A DNA stretch of 63,851 bases, filler included, from Cercozoa sp. M6MM (GCA_040357565.1; 10 parts of 10 records of this genome joined end to end with filler, not necessarily neighbours in it); one strand, 5' to 3'. Counted from the first letter of the whole stretch, positions 1 to 12,745 are shown. Program-made: numbers and translations. Notes: generated from the letters alone by a model not told the origin.

Positions 1-46
<46 letters not shown>

Positions 47-75
47 GTGATGTACTGTGTACGCCTCTAATGTAG

Positions 76-1635
76 GTACGGGTTTTGTGAAGGCCGGTTT
101 CTCGGGCCAGAACTTCCCGTCGCTGATCACGCCGTCGATGGTGGGACGGCCGCTCATGCGCTATGAGGAGGCCGTCGATGGCATTGAGGTACTGCGTATC
201 TGGGTGTGTGTGTGTCCGGATGCAGTCGGTGTGTCTATTTGTACGGTGTGTCTGTGTGCTTGGTGGATAGGTCAAGGACATCATGTGCGGCGACGAGTGC
301 GCCGCTCTGCGATCGATGCTGCAGACGAACTACCCGGTCGAGAACGGCATCGTGAAGAACTGGGAGGACATGCAGCACCTGTGGGACTACACCTTCAACG
401 AGCGACTTCAGATCACGCCTTCGAACCACAAGGTGCTGCTCACGGAGCCGCCGATGAACCCGACGCAGAACCGCATCAAGTTCATGGAGCACATGTTCGA
501 GACCTACGGCTTCCAGGCCGCCAAGGTCGTCATTCAGGCCATCCTCGTGCTCTACGCGCAGGGCCTCATGACCGGTGTCGTCGTCGACTCTGGTAGCTCT
601 CCCCTTGTTGGCCCTGCCACCCCCTAGTGTACGGTGGCTTCATGTTACCGTGAGGTTTGCAGGTGATGGTGTCACGCACGTCGTGCCCGTGTTCGACGGT
701 GTTGTGCCGCCCAACCTCATCTCGCGTCTCGACATTGCCGGTAGACCTGCCTTGTGACACTCCTTCGTCTGTCTCCCTGTCCCTAACCCCCTGTCCCTAT
801 CCGACCCTACCCTACACCGTTACCATAATGAAACAGGCCGACACACAACGCGCTACCTTGTGCGTCTGCTGCAGCTGCGTGGCTACAACCTTAACAGCAC
901 TGCCGACTTTGAGACGGCCAGACAGATCAAGGAGAAGCTGTGCTACGTGGTATATCTGAGTCTTATTCTCCCCCCCCCCCGTTCTCTACCTGTTCCTGTG
1001 GTGATTCAGGCCTATGATCCGGCGGTCGAGCAGCGCCTGGCGCAGGAGACCACGCTGCTTATGCGACAGTACAAGCTGCCGGACGGCTCCGTCATCAAGG
1101 TAGCTTTGCTTTGCTCTTCTTCTCTCCCTTTAGATGTGGTCTTACCCCCCCCCCAGGTCGGCCGCGAGCGCTTCCAGGCCGCCGAGGTGCTGTTCAACCC
1201 GGGTCTCGTCGACGTTGAGGCCGTCGGTATGAGCGAGATGATCTTCAACACGATCAACAAGGCCGACATTGACCTGCGCGCCGACTTTTACAAGCACATC
1301 GTGCTGTCCGGCGGCTCCTCCATGTACCCGGGCCTGCCGTCGCGCCTCGAGAAGGACATCCGCGAGCTCTACCTGAAGAAGGTGCTCAAGGGCGACGAGT
1401 CGCGCCTTTCCAAGTTCAAGCTGAAGATCGAGGACCCGCCGCGCCGCAAGCACATGGTCTTCCTGGGCGGTGCCGTGCTTTCCGACATCATGAAGGACCG
1501 CGAGGACTTCTGGATCTCCAAGCAGCAGTGGCAGGAGCAAGGCGCCTCGGTTCTCCAGGTAACTCCATACTCTCTTCCGTATTGATTGGTTCATTCATAC
1601 CCCTTGTGTATCTGCAGCGTTCGGGCCTGCTGTAA
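76..1635 (+). CDS. ARP2: Actin-related protein 2 (Arp2/3 complex), 5'-partial, 7 exons in window
   Basis: Spliced GT-AG product reads GTGFVKAGF...VKDIMCGDE...LLTEPPMNP...DSGDGVTH...[17 protein letters not shown]...[23 protein letters not shown]. The last motif is Arp2-diagnostic. Stop TAA at 1633-1635. Confidence 0.95.
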
Positions 1636-1949
1636 TGTTGAAAACACGCGTGTATACGCCATTGTCGCATTCTTTCCTCGGCCAATGTGTGCAACAACGA
1701 CAACACCACGTCCCTACGAGCGATGGCACATTGGGGGCACATGCGTCATGTACTCGGCCCTGACAGCTTGGCGACTTGTACAGAGCGGAGCGTAGTAGAT
1801 TTTTAAAGCTTAGCGTGCGCACGTCAGTGCGTTGACATTGCTTGCTTGTACGCGAGGTAGGGTGAGTGCGTTAATAAATAGTAGAGAAGGATCAGGTCGT
1901 TTGATCATCCCTTCAGTTTCGGTTTTCAGCGCGGACAGGCGAGGGAAAA

Positions 1950-4900
1950 TTAAGCGACCTGAGCGCCAGTCAGCGAGGCAGTGACATGGTGACCTGCCAC
2001 CTTGAGTGCCAGAGCCTGGTCTGTAACAACTCAGGATGCACGTAGCAGAGGAAAGGGGCCCGAGGACAGCTGTACCATCTTGCATGGCGACAACGTTGCC
2101 GTCTTCGTCGGTGCGCAGCGTCGGCAGCTATGAGCCCGCGTAGTAACAAAAGAAACACGTGGATGTTCAGTAGGTTACCAGTTTCTTGATCAGCTTCTCC
2201 GTGGCACGCGGCACCGGCTCGGGCTGTGGAGCCAGAATGAAAGCAGGCACATTGAATGAGAAAATACGTGCATACCAGCAGGTCAAGGGTGTCGACTTCG
2301 ACACGGGTGCCCACGGCGACCTACAGTGAAGCAGGATTGGTAGTCATACGATCATTGCGGAGGGGTAATGTAGTGGTACCTCGTCAGGCACACGCAGGGG
2401 AGCAGCCGTATCCTCGGCGCTCGCGGCCAGCAGCATGCCAAACGAACGCTCACCACGGAACTGTATATAGGGGGGGGGGGTGAAGGAGGGAGTAAAAAGG
2501 CAAAGAATGCACAGCGTGTACATTGGACGGCTTCATGTTGAGCAGCACAACGACTTTCTTGTTGAGCAACTCAGCCGCCGACATGAAACGACGCAGGCCG
2601 CACACCACCTGGATAACAAATGGTAAAAAGCAGGTAACAGGGGTAACGGTAACCGGGGGGGGGGGGGGTTACCTGGACAGGTTCATCACCGCCGCACGCG
2701 AGCGACAGCACGAACAAGTTGTCCATTCGCGGGTGTTCGCGCACCTCAGTGACCTGTAACAAATTAAGCTCTGGGGGGGGTAAAGGGGTGTAAAATAAAA
2801 AATACCTCGCCAACACGCAGGTCCAGTCGCGACACATTGACCGGCAGAGAGCCTAAATTCGAGGGGGGGGGGTAAAGTGAGTAAGGGGCATAAATAGACA
2901 ATCCTCACCAGCCTTAGCAGCAGCGGCAGCAGCCGCGCTTGTCTTCTTGCCACCGCCGTAAGCCTTGTTGCACATCTATACAAGATTAAGTAGGGTTAAA
3001 GGGGTACAGGGGAAGGTGTAAACGATAAAATGCACCTCCTGGATCTCCTTGTCGTTCTCGTAGGCAGCACGGATCGGCGCCAGCAAACGCTCGAACTCCG
3101 CAATCACGCCTGATGGGGGGGGGGTAAGGGGAGAGCAAGGGTAGCAAGGGTAGCAAGCGGAGTACCCGACTTGAGGTCCTGCGGAGTCAGGTCGCCAGCC
3201 TCGTAGGCAGCGGCCAGATCATCAAAGGTGGCGTAGTGCACGTCGCCACCGTACTAAACAACACAAAAGCGGGTGAAGGATGGGGTTAAATGGAGTACAC
3301 AGCGGCAAACCTTCTCTGGCCGGTTGATGGTCATGCCGGCGCCAAAAGCCGCCGGGAACAACACATGCTTGGCCAACGCGGCCACACCGTTACCTGTCGC
3401 AACAAAGGGATAAGGAATAGGTAGTTACAGGGAGTACTGTAGGGGGGGGGGGTAATGCACGCACCTTCGATGACCTGCGGTGCGCAGAACGCCTTGCCAA
3501 TCTTGGTCTTCAACTGCGCGAGCAAGGGAGGGGTAAAATGGCAAAATTGACAAAGAAGGGGTAAAGGAGTACAGAGGTAACACACCTGCTTGTGCGTGTC
3601 AAGCAAGTCGATCTTGCCGTTGACGTTGCTGGCCGACATCTTGGCACCCTGATAGGGGACATGAAAAAGGTCAAGAACACATCCAAGGATGGAAGGAACA
3701 AAACAATGGTACCTGCAAACCCGGCACCATCGAGTTCATCAAGTGGAAACGCTTCTTGTAGCCTACACCAGAGGAGAATACAGGGAGGATGAAGGGGGGG
3801 GGGGTAAAAGACCAAGAGAAATGGCCTACCCAGCTTGGGCAGGAACTGCTCGGCGTACACAAAAATCTTGCGCTGATCGACGCCTCCGAACTGCGCGTCG
3901 CACTGGAGGTACTCCTCGTCCAACTGCACATAAGGGATGGGTAAGGGGTAAAGGGAAGTAAGGGGAGGCAAAGTGAGAAACCCACCGCCTGCAACAGCGG
4001 GTACACCACGCCACTGAGAAGACCACTCTGCTGACCGCGCAGTTTCTTGACCTCACCACGCAGCTCGGCCTGTACAGTGATGCAGGGTAACGGGGGGGGG
4101 GGGGTCCGGGGGAGTGGGAAGGTAAGAGGAGTCCTACCACCTCGGCCTCGACCTCCTCGGTAGCGCTCTTGTCGCTGGTGGCGGCCTGCTTGACCACGTC
4201 GGCACCGGCATGCACGCCGTTGCGCACCGTCGTCAGCGACATGAGCTTGTACGCATCCACCTGTACAAAGGTACACACGTACCATACACACGTACCGTAC
4301 AAAAGGACGTAGTTAAGGACGCAACATACCGTGTAGTCGGGCGTAAGCTGGAAGTTGCGACCGCGCACGAAACGCAGCTTCTCCAGAGGCACGCCTGTGT
4401 GCACACATGTAACATGGTTTGTCCCTAACCCCCCCCCCAGGCATGCCGTACCGATGGACGTGAGCATCTGACGGATTGCGAACTCGTAGTAGCACGTACG
4501 GGCGTCCAGCAGCTCCCACGTGGCCTGAGGGAAAGAGGTGCCACGGAGGGAGGTAAAAAGGCAGGGAAAAACAGGCCGGTAAACGTAGAGCAAACAACGC
4601 GTCTACCTTTTCCTTGTTGGCATCCAGGAAGGCGTGCAGGTCAGCGAACAGGATCGTCACCTGACAAAAAACACACGAGTTTGTACACACACAGAGACAG
4701 AGACACAGAGACACAGACACAGACACAGACACAGACAGAGACAGAGACACAGACAGAGACACAGACATACACAAGGATACTGCCTGTATCGGAAACAGAA
4801 GAAAGCACCTCAGCGCCAGCGCGCAAAAAGTCGGCGATCTTCGTCATCGGCACAAAGTAAGCGATGTGCGGACGGCCGGTCGGAGCCGTGCCCCAGTAGA

Positions 4901-5116
4901 TGCGCAGATCGCGCTCCGCCATGATTTTCTTCGCCTCAGCGCGCGCTTCCTCCGCTACAAAAAACATCGAGCATAGTGTGTACATATGCACTCCCATAAA
5001 CAGCAAGAGGCAGCGATACGACGGATGCATTGCTTCGGATCGCTCTCCAAGCCACGGAAAATCAGGTCGACGCGCTCGTCCAGCGTCAAGCTCTCGCTGG
5101 ATGTGCTCTCACTCAT
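1950..5116 (-). CDS. YARS1: Cytosolic tyrosyl-tRNA synthetase with C-terminal EMAP-II-like tRNA-binding OB domain, about 23 exons
   Basis: Catalytic motifs [15 protein letters not shown] (HIGH region), [49 protein letters not shown]-terminal domain [11 protein letters not shown]...QVVCGLRRF...[25 protein letters not shown]. All introns resolve as GT-AG. Confidence 0.95.
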
Positions 5117-5296
5117 GCTAGACATTGTATCTATCGCCCACAGCGCTCGCCACACACGCTAAACAACAGTAGTATGAAACAATGATTTTCGTTTTTTCTT
5201 GCGAGGCGACAAGCCGTAGCCAGTTTTTGGTCGCCCAGCGCCTGCTGTAGTGCGCTGTGCGGTGCGGCGAGTTTGGTTGTGAAAGATGTTGTAATT

Positions 5297-8174
5297 TCAG
5301 TTGTTAATGCTAGCGGAAGTGTCAACGCACACATTGATGTCTGTGCCAGTGTCGGAAGGACTGATCTCGACAAGGACATCCTCGTGACTCACTGCCAGAG
5401 CACGTGATGCCACCACTGGCCGCAGTAGCTCTTGGTCGAAGCGTCGGTAGCACCAGAAGTCGCCACACAGCGCGAGACAGCCGGGCGGTTCGCCTTCGTA
5501 GCCGTGCCGAGCTCGCCATTGGCGAACTACAGAAGGCAGCTCAGCAGCAGATCTTCAAACTGACCAAGCCACACGTACCGGTGGAGTAGGGAGACTTTCG
5601 TGCGTTGATGGTTTCATTCGTGAGTTCGTCCATGATGAGGACCTTGGTCTGCGCTGCCAGCAGCGTTACCAAAAACAAGGACGCCAACACTGACGACACC
5701 GAGAGGCACGCCACTGTGCCCTGCGTGGTCTGGTGCAGCCACTTGCTCGAATTGGCTTCCTTTGGGTACCATGCCTGCAGGTACTGCACACGGAGAAACG
5801 TGTAGAATACAAATAAAACTATCAATACAAAAATATATACAAATATATATATACATAAATAGTACGAGCACGAAGAGGCAGGAGCACGCGGCCAGCGTAC
5901 AGACCAAAAACAGCAAGAAGGCGCGGTGGTTATCCCGCCCGATCGCACGTCTCAGCCATAGACAGAAATGGTCGTATCGAGGCACACATCGACCCGTAAA
6001 CCGGCAGTGCTACAGGTTTTAGAATAAGTTACAAGCAAAAGCAACAGCGTCAGAGTACCTTAGAGCGTGGTGGGCGCCAAAGAAAGCATGAATAGCAAAA
6101 ATGCGCACTTGTTGGAAGGTTGCCTGAAAAATACAACAACAACAGTAAACGAGAAAGGTTGTTCAAGCCGAAGAAGAAAGCTACCGCCAGCAATAACGTC
6201 CTGCAGTCTACAGACTTCGGCCAGTGTTTGCGACGGATTTCTCGCGTCACCTGCGTCTGCTCTGTCGGCTATTTTAGCGAGTCAGTTAACAAGGAGTCTA
6301 TCAAGTGTAAAGCCTGGTGTAGGTACCCCAGGACAAGTAAGAGAGCAGCAGACTCGCCAATGCGCAGAACACCACGGCCAGAATGGATGAGACGAGCGCT
6401 CGAGACGATAGCACCAGTGTGAGACTCGAGGCGGCAACCCCTGTGGCCAGCGTGCCCATGGAGGCGCCAACCAGAACGACACTCTGTAAGGTGTCCTTCA
6501 GCTGCGACAGCGCCACCGTCAGAGCTATCATTCTGCCAGATGGGTAGGGATAGGATTAACGCACAAGGCGGAGGCAAGGACAGGCAGTTACCCTGCGGCA
6601 CAAATGGCGAGAAAGATGCCGATCGACACATGCTGATACACTTGCGAAAGTGCGACGTGCCAGGCAACCTGCGCCAATATTATATATATATATATATGTA
6701 TATTATATAAATACCGACAATCCAAACATACGAAAAATAAGACAGAAAACGCGAGAAGCGGCAACGACGGCGTTGGCGGACGTTTACGTCTTCTCTCTTT
6801 CTGCAAAAAACAGGGTGATGAATGAGACACAGGGATAATGAAACATGGGATACCGGTACAAGCACACTGACAGCGTGTGCAACGTCCTCTACGATAGTGT
6901 GATCTTCCACGATATCACTTCTCTGTATGCCGGGTCCATCAGGAACTCCTGGCAGTAGTCTTTGCGAATGACCCGGCGCGGCTTCGCTTCCGCGCGGACC
7001 AGGCAGCAACTCGCGCATACGACGACTTCGCTCTGTAAGGTACAGGGAAGCGGTAAAGGCGATCACAAGGACAGGTGGGAGTTCTCGGCGCACCACAGAG
7101 CGCGCGCGAGTGCAATCGAACGAGCGCAAAGAGCGCTAGACGGTGTCGCCATGCCATGCGCGCACAGAGTTCCACGACAGTATGGCCACGTGCATCTCGT
7201 TGCAGAGTCAGCAGCCGCGCCACTGTCGGGACCGTCGCACGCGCTTCACTCAGCGACGGCATGCGCTCAATCTCGTTGTCGCTAGTGGTATGTGTCTTCT
7301 CGAACACCTCATAGAATTGCGTCGGCGAGGCTGCAATCTCCAGTCGCACCGAAGCGTCCTCCTGGCGTCGTTGTAGCAGCGCTTGGCGAACTCTCTGCGT
7401 TACACTCGCCTCAGCCGTGTGCGAAACGGCAAACAGCAGCGTCGGCACGCTGCGAGACATGGCCGCCACGTGTGCCACTGTTCTACTCGATGCACACCAA
7501 GGGTAACAAGGGTTCACAAGGGCAACAGGGTCACAAGAGGTAAAAGGCAACACAAGATAACACTAAAGGTATCATTACCGTCCGTCACGGTCGCAGAGAG
7601 AAAAGTCGGCACCAACACGACGCAGGAGCATGAGCACCGACAGGTTGCCACGCTCGGCGGATTCATGTGCCTACATAAGTCGCAACAAGTGCAAATAAAG
7701 ATGCACGTTGCGTATGAAAAAGATACGGCCGTGCGACCGCGTTTGTTTTGGCAGTCGACAAAATCAAAGAGCTCCGCGTTGGCTGCGTAAAGTAAGATAC
7801 GCATGCATGATAAATGAACTCACAATGACGGCAGGAGTACGTATGTGGAACAATATCGCGTCGAAAATGCGAGTGCTACGGACGGCACTGCCTTCGCAGT
7901 TTGCTTTGGCCTAGTCAAGAACGATTGGTTTCCTGTGCATTCCAAGTGTATCGATTAGCGCATGCAGAGTCAGATACAAGTGCATGCAGAAGCGTGTCGC
8001 CATGCTCATCACGGGCACTGCGTAGCGCTGTCGTTGTTTGTTCTTGCGTTCGCTCTAAATCCGTCACCGAGAGGTACTAATGACGACGTATTTGTAGTAT
8101 CGCTAGGTACGCACGCAACAAGCAGGCAAAAAGAAAATGAGCTATACCGCTACGGCGTCGAACAGAGCTTCCAT
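5297..8174 (-). CDS. Ankyrin-repeat DHHC-family protein S-acyltransferase (Akr1/ZDHHC13-17/TIP1-like) with DHFC motif
   Basis: Spliced N-terminus has ankyrin repeats (DEHGDTLLHAL; NKRGRTAAHESAERGNLSVLMLLRRVGAD; DRDGRTVAHVAA), followed by TM helices, the Cys-rich domain CYSC..RPPRSK|HCRFTGRCVPRYDHFCLWLRRAIGRDNHRAF, and an LTNE (TTxE-like) motif. Confidence 0.88.
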
Positions 8175-8444
8175 TTGCGCTATCGTTGCATGGAGGTAAT
8201 AGCACAATCTAGCACTTGTTGCGAGGTCACAAACCCTTGCTAGCAAAGCGATGATTGAAATGTATCAATACTGTACTTTTTGAATCCTCAGCAGCTCATG
8301 ATTACTTCGTGACCAGCCGGTTGACTGCTTGACTACTCGACGCCGATCAAACAAGTCAGAAGTTGTTAGTACAAAGCTGACAGCTGGGAAGCTGACGGCA
8401 TCCAGCGACCTTTACTCTTGACTCGTGAATCGAAAGCATGAAGT

Positions 8445-11030
8445 TTAAACAACTTGGAGGTTCTGGTCATGCGAGCAGAAGAGTGTCGACGACTTGCTAC
8501 TGCTGGCGCTGAGACCCTCAGCCACGTGTTCAGTTTCTTCCAGCATTGCCTCTAGTTGCCGTTCGTCTTGCTCGGCAATGGAGGATACCGTCGCCTAAAG
8601 ATATGCCAAGCTAAAGTCGTGTAGGGAGTACACGCAGTGATAAAAGAACTAACACTGCGCTGGAGGCATTCGGTGCGCGCTTGAACGTTGTCAAAATACA
8701 GTCTCTTGTGTGACTGTTCGCGCGTGATTCCGAGCACTTCCTGCATTAGCGCACCGGAATCTATAGCGGAGTCAAACGTCCCGGAACGCAAGCGTCGGCT
8801 CGCTCCCGAGATCAGGCTCTTCATCTGTCCGGCCACCGAGAATGAGGCACTACGCGGTCTTCCTGCGAAGCGACATTTCTTGTAAACTTACAAGAACAGG
8901 GCAATTTATTCAGTGTATTTGCATTAAGCTTGAAGTACTCTTGGGCGTTGAGTGCAAGACCGCCGGTTCATCAACTGTAGAAGGCTGAGTGCGTGTGCGT
9001 GTGAGAGAAGCTGCGGCTCTACTAATGGCAGAGGGCGCGGGTGGTCTAGTTCCTGGCGACACCAGCAAGCGAGGCGACTCAATGGTGCGAGATGAGCATG
9101 TTGATCGCCGTCGGTCTTCGGTAAGAACGACGCGGCTCGGCAGAACACCACTGCGTCGCTGTCGTCTCATAGTGCTGGTTGATCGCCGCGGCCTTAGACC
9201 AAGACTTTGAGCGAGCAGTTGAGATGATAGTGCATACAGCGGTGAGTTCATAGTCGACGAGTCAGTGTGGTCCGCTACGAAGATGAACAAGCACAGAGCT
9301 GCTTTTAAGGTCAAAGAAAAGAGGCACAAACCCAGCGTACAGTACAATTCGTTTGAGGTCGAGATCTTTATAGCTCGAAACATGCGTCGTACACGCTTTT
9401 CGACATTGTTCGTCGATATCTTTAACTGCGTTGCAACGGATGTGACGAAATTGTCACGGATCCGCTTCTCATCGCTCAGTGCACCTTTGTCGATATCGGT
9501 CTCTTCAATGCTCTTGAACTCAGCTTCGCGAGTTGCCGAGGACTGGGCAATCGAGGAAACGCTCGAAAAGAAGGACTGGATGTCTTTCCATCGCGCCACT
9601 GTTTCTTGAGCTTGCTGTGCCACCTTCTGTTGCAAGCGCGCAGTTTTCCGATCCGTATCCAGCACGTCAGCGACTGACGTGCTCTTTGCATGCTGTTCAA
9701 TAAACTTGAGCAAGTTCGTGACCAGTGGCATGTCGACAAATTGCCCAAAGTGGAGATGAGCATCAGCCCACCAAGAATGGTCAATGACGAGAGGATTTTT
9801 GTCAAAGGCGTTTTTCAGTTTCTTTTTTAGAGCGAGCAAAGAAAAACGACGCTTCTTGGGACTGTCTGGCTCTGGGTTTGCCGTGAGCGGTTGGTTGTAC
9901 TTTCGCTTCGACACCATTTCTTGTCTTTTTATCCAAAGCTTGCGGTAGCTCCCGGGGTTTAGCGTCAGCAAGTACTCAAAGATTACGTCGAAGAACTTCC
10001 ACAGGCGTGCGTAGGCGCATGCACTCCGCGCGTCCACTTGTCGAAACTGCGCTGCATGCGAAATGAATTTGCGCAATGTGCTGAAAATCACAAGACGACA
10101 GTGCGCAGCTGTTCCCTTCGTGAGGGGGTTGAACTCAGCAATGTGGCACAATGTCATGCGCAGTACATCGTCAGGTCGTCGATACAGCGGAATGTCCTCC
10201 ACTCCGAGGGTGGAATCAATTTCATCCTCGTCCACAGCCGAAATGCTCTTTCCGTCGACACCCTCCCAGAGAGTCCACCAAAAGATTTCGCAAAATGTCA
10301 AATTCGCTAGCGCGAAAAGATGTGAACATGCTTCAATAGACTCCTCGATAGATTCCTTGGTTGTGGTGTCGGGAGAAGCTTTCGAACTTGTCAGCGAGCT
10401 GTTCGGCGAACTTAGCGGCATTTGCTCCAAATGAGAGTGATATTCAAGATCACTCGCAGCTTGTAGCATTGTCTTTGTGGCACCGGCGTCCACGTCGCTG
10501 AGTGAAATAGAAAGGCGTCGAACCGGTGAAACTTCATCGGATTTTAGCGTGCTTTGTTTTTTCTTCTTTTCAATGAGTAGATGTGTCAGCCTAAAGGTAA
10601 CTTCACTCACCGGTGATACTTAACGCCAGAAAGGGAGCTATGAAACAACTTACTCTCCGTGCTGCTCTGCAACGCAGTTGCAAACATACAGAATCATTTG
10701 CTGCCACGAGCTTGTTTTTAAAACAGCATCACAAAAGCGCCCTCTTGTGTGCGGGTCAACAACGTAGGTGACGAAGCCTTTCTCGAGCATAAACGACCAT
10801 TTGCTCATCGGAGCATTTGAGAGCACTGCAAAGAACTCCTCAACTGGAATTTCGTCTTTCGGCGAGTATACTGTCTGCCACGAAAGTAATTTTTTCTTTG
10901 TGAGAAACGAGAGTAAATCGCTTTCATAGTCCAGCAACCGTACCTTTGCAAAGCGCATCAGGAACAACTTCTCTTGCTCAGTAAGAACAGTGCCGTTTTG
11001 CTCAGCGTCGCGCAGAATGGCTGCCGACAT
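8445..11030 (-). CDS. Uncharacterised protein (about 750 aa, mostly helical, basic low-complexity C-terminus)
   Basis: A 566-codon open frame plus flanking exons joinable by GT-AG introns. No family motif recognised; 3' end approximate. Confidence 0.7.
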
Positions 11031-11557
11031 CTTACCACTCTAGTGCCGAGCAACAAGCACGAGCGTAGCAAACAATCAAATGTCTCCGCGGGGATCGAAA
11101 AGGGATGCCCCTGAGCCACAGCTGGAAATATATAATATTATTTTGAAATAACGCCCAGCACTCCACAAGATGCTCTCCAGACCCCAGAACGAACGCCCCG
11201 GTGCGTAGTGCGTGAGTTATTGCCCTCTGTGCACTTGTCGACTTTGAGGTACCGACATCATGATGTCTGACTCCTTGGCTCGTGTGTAATCTGCCTCGGT
11301 TTCACGGCGTGTCTATCATACTGCCACTGTGCTTGTGCACTCGGCACTATTCGTGCTGTGCGGCATCCCGGTTAAGCAACCGTGTGGCTTTGTTTTTTTT
11401 TCGTTGGGTTTGCTTCCCGGACGTATGTTTTTTTTTTTTGCTGCAGCGACACGAGTTGTTAGCGGCGTACCACAACACACGTCGTCATTCAACGGTCCAC
11501 CCAACAGCGTCCGGCCAGGTTACCATAGTGATACAGCGAAAGCTCGAAAGCGCTGCA

Positions 11558-12602
11558 ATGTCGCAGAGCGAGATTGACATGATGTCATCGGAGGAACTGC
11601 GACAGCTGTCCGAGGCCGAGTTGGTGCAGTATCTGAAGGACTGTGGTGCTGCTGTGCCCGAGGTAACTTTACAGTTTTGTCTGTTTGTCCACATGTGCAA
11701 ATGCGTGTGTTTCTGTGCGGCAGGGCGCCAATGGCGAGTTGGCCGCTCACTTTGTGCTGGTGGATGCGGCGTTCGACGCGCAGTGGGATCGCCGCAGCGC
11801 CTCGTACACGGCAGAGTCCGAGGATATGAGCACATCTCTCAGCGAGCACGCACTGCCAAGCGCTTCACTGTCAATGTCGCGTCTGTCATCGCATGCCGAT
11901 GCCTCCGCAGTGCAAGATCCCGACCGATCCATCCTCCTTCCCCCGTCACCGCACAAGTTCCACACCTCCATGTGCGAGTATGTTTCGCTTCTTTTGAGTC
12001 AGTGAGTTTGTCCACCATGACATACGTTGTTGCAATGTGCAGGGAAGAAGAGGAAGACATGATCGCAGACATCTTGGACGAGGAGGAACGTGCTGCGCTG
12101 GAGGCGGCGTTTCGACATGAAGTTAACCCCGAGGAGGCCAACGTGTCGCTTTATGGCGAGGATCTGCGCGGCGCCATCACGATGCTCCCCGAGACACTCG
12201 AGCTTGCCAACAAACGCCGCCGACGCAAGTCCGTCGCGTATTCACTGCGTCCTAAGTCGCCCTCGTAACTTCTTTTTCTTCTGTGCGTGCGATACGTTCA
12301 CGGCTTTGCGGCGTAGCCTCGTGGATCACATGGCGGGTGTCTTTGCTTTCTTCTTCTCGGTCCTTTTCACGGTACTTTCTAACAAACTTGGGTTCTTGCG
12401 TCACGACATTTGTGCTTTTTCTTTGCAGCTCGTCTTTTTGGTGATTTGGTACCGCTTTGAAACCACGGTTGACCCGGAGTTCGCCACGCACGTGCGTGAG
12501 TCGCTGCCGACGCCCGAGTCGCTTCGTGAGACGCTTCCGTTGCAGCAAATTGATCAGCAGATGCAACGACTGTCCTACTGGCTCCAGTCGCTTCTGCCCT
12601 AG
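11558..12602 (+). CDS. Uncharacterised single-pass membrane protein with N-terminal LEM/HeH/SAP-like helix pair and NLS
   Basis: Spliced product MSQSEIDMMSSEELRQLSEAELVQYLKDCGAAVP, acidic linker, KRRRRKS, TM (GVFAFFFSVLFT|LVFLVIWY), ending LQSLLP*. Confidence 0.65.
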
Positions 12603-12745
12603 CCGTAGAAGGAATAACCGAACTAAACGAAATCGAACCGAATTATGATTTGCATATGATACGTCGATCCGATCGTCGAGCCTTCGGGCCGACCATCGCA
12701 TATCAATTAGCAGCTGTACAGTAAGGTTTGTCCGCCGGTCGTGTG

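Noticed and set aside
7460-7600. Non-canonical splice site in the ankyrin region; stop-codon reassignment
   Set aside because: The junction resolves as canonical CG|GT...AG|A. Conserved genes splice without in-frame stops, and TAA, TAG and TGA all act as terminators.
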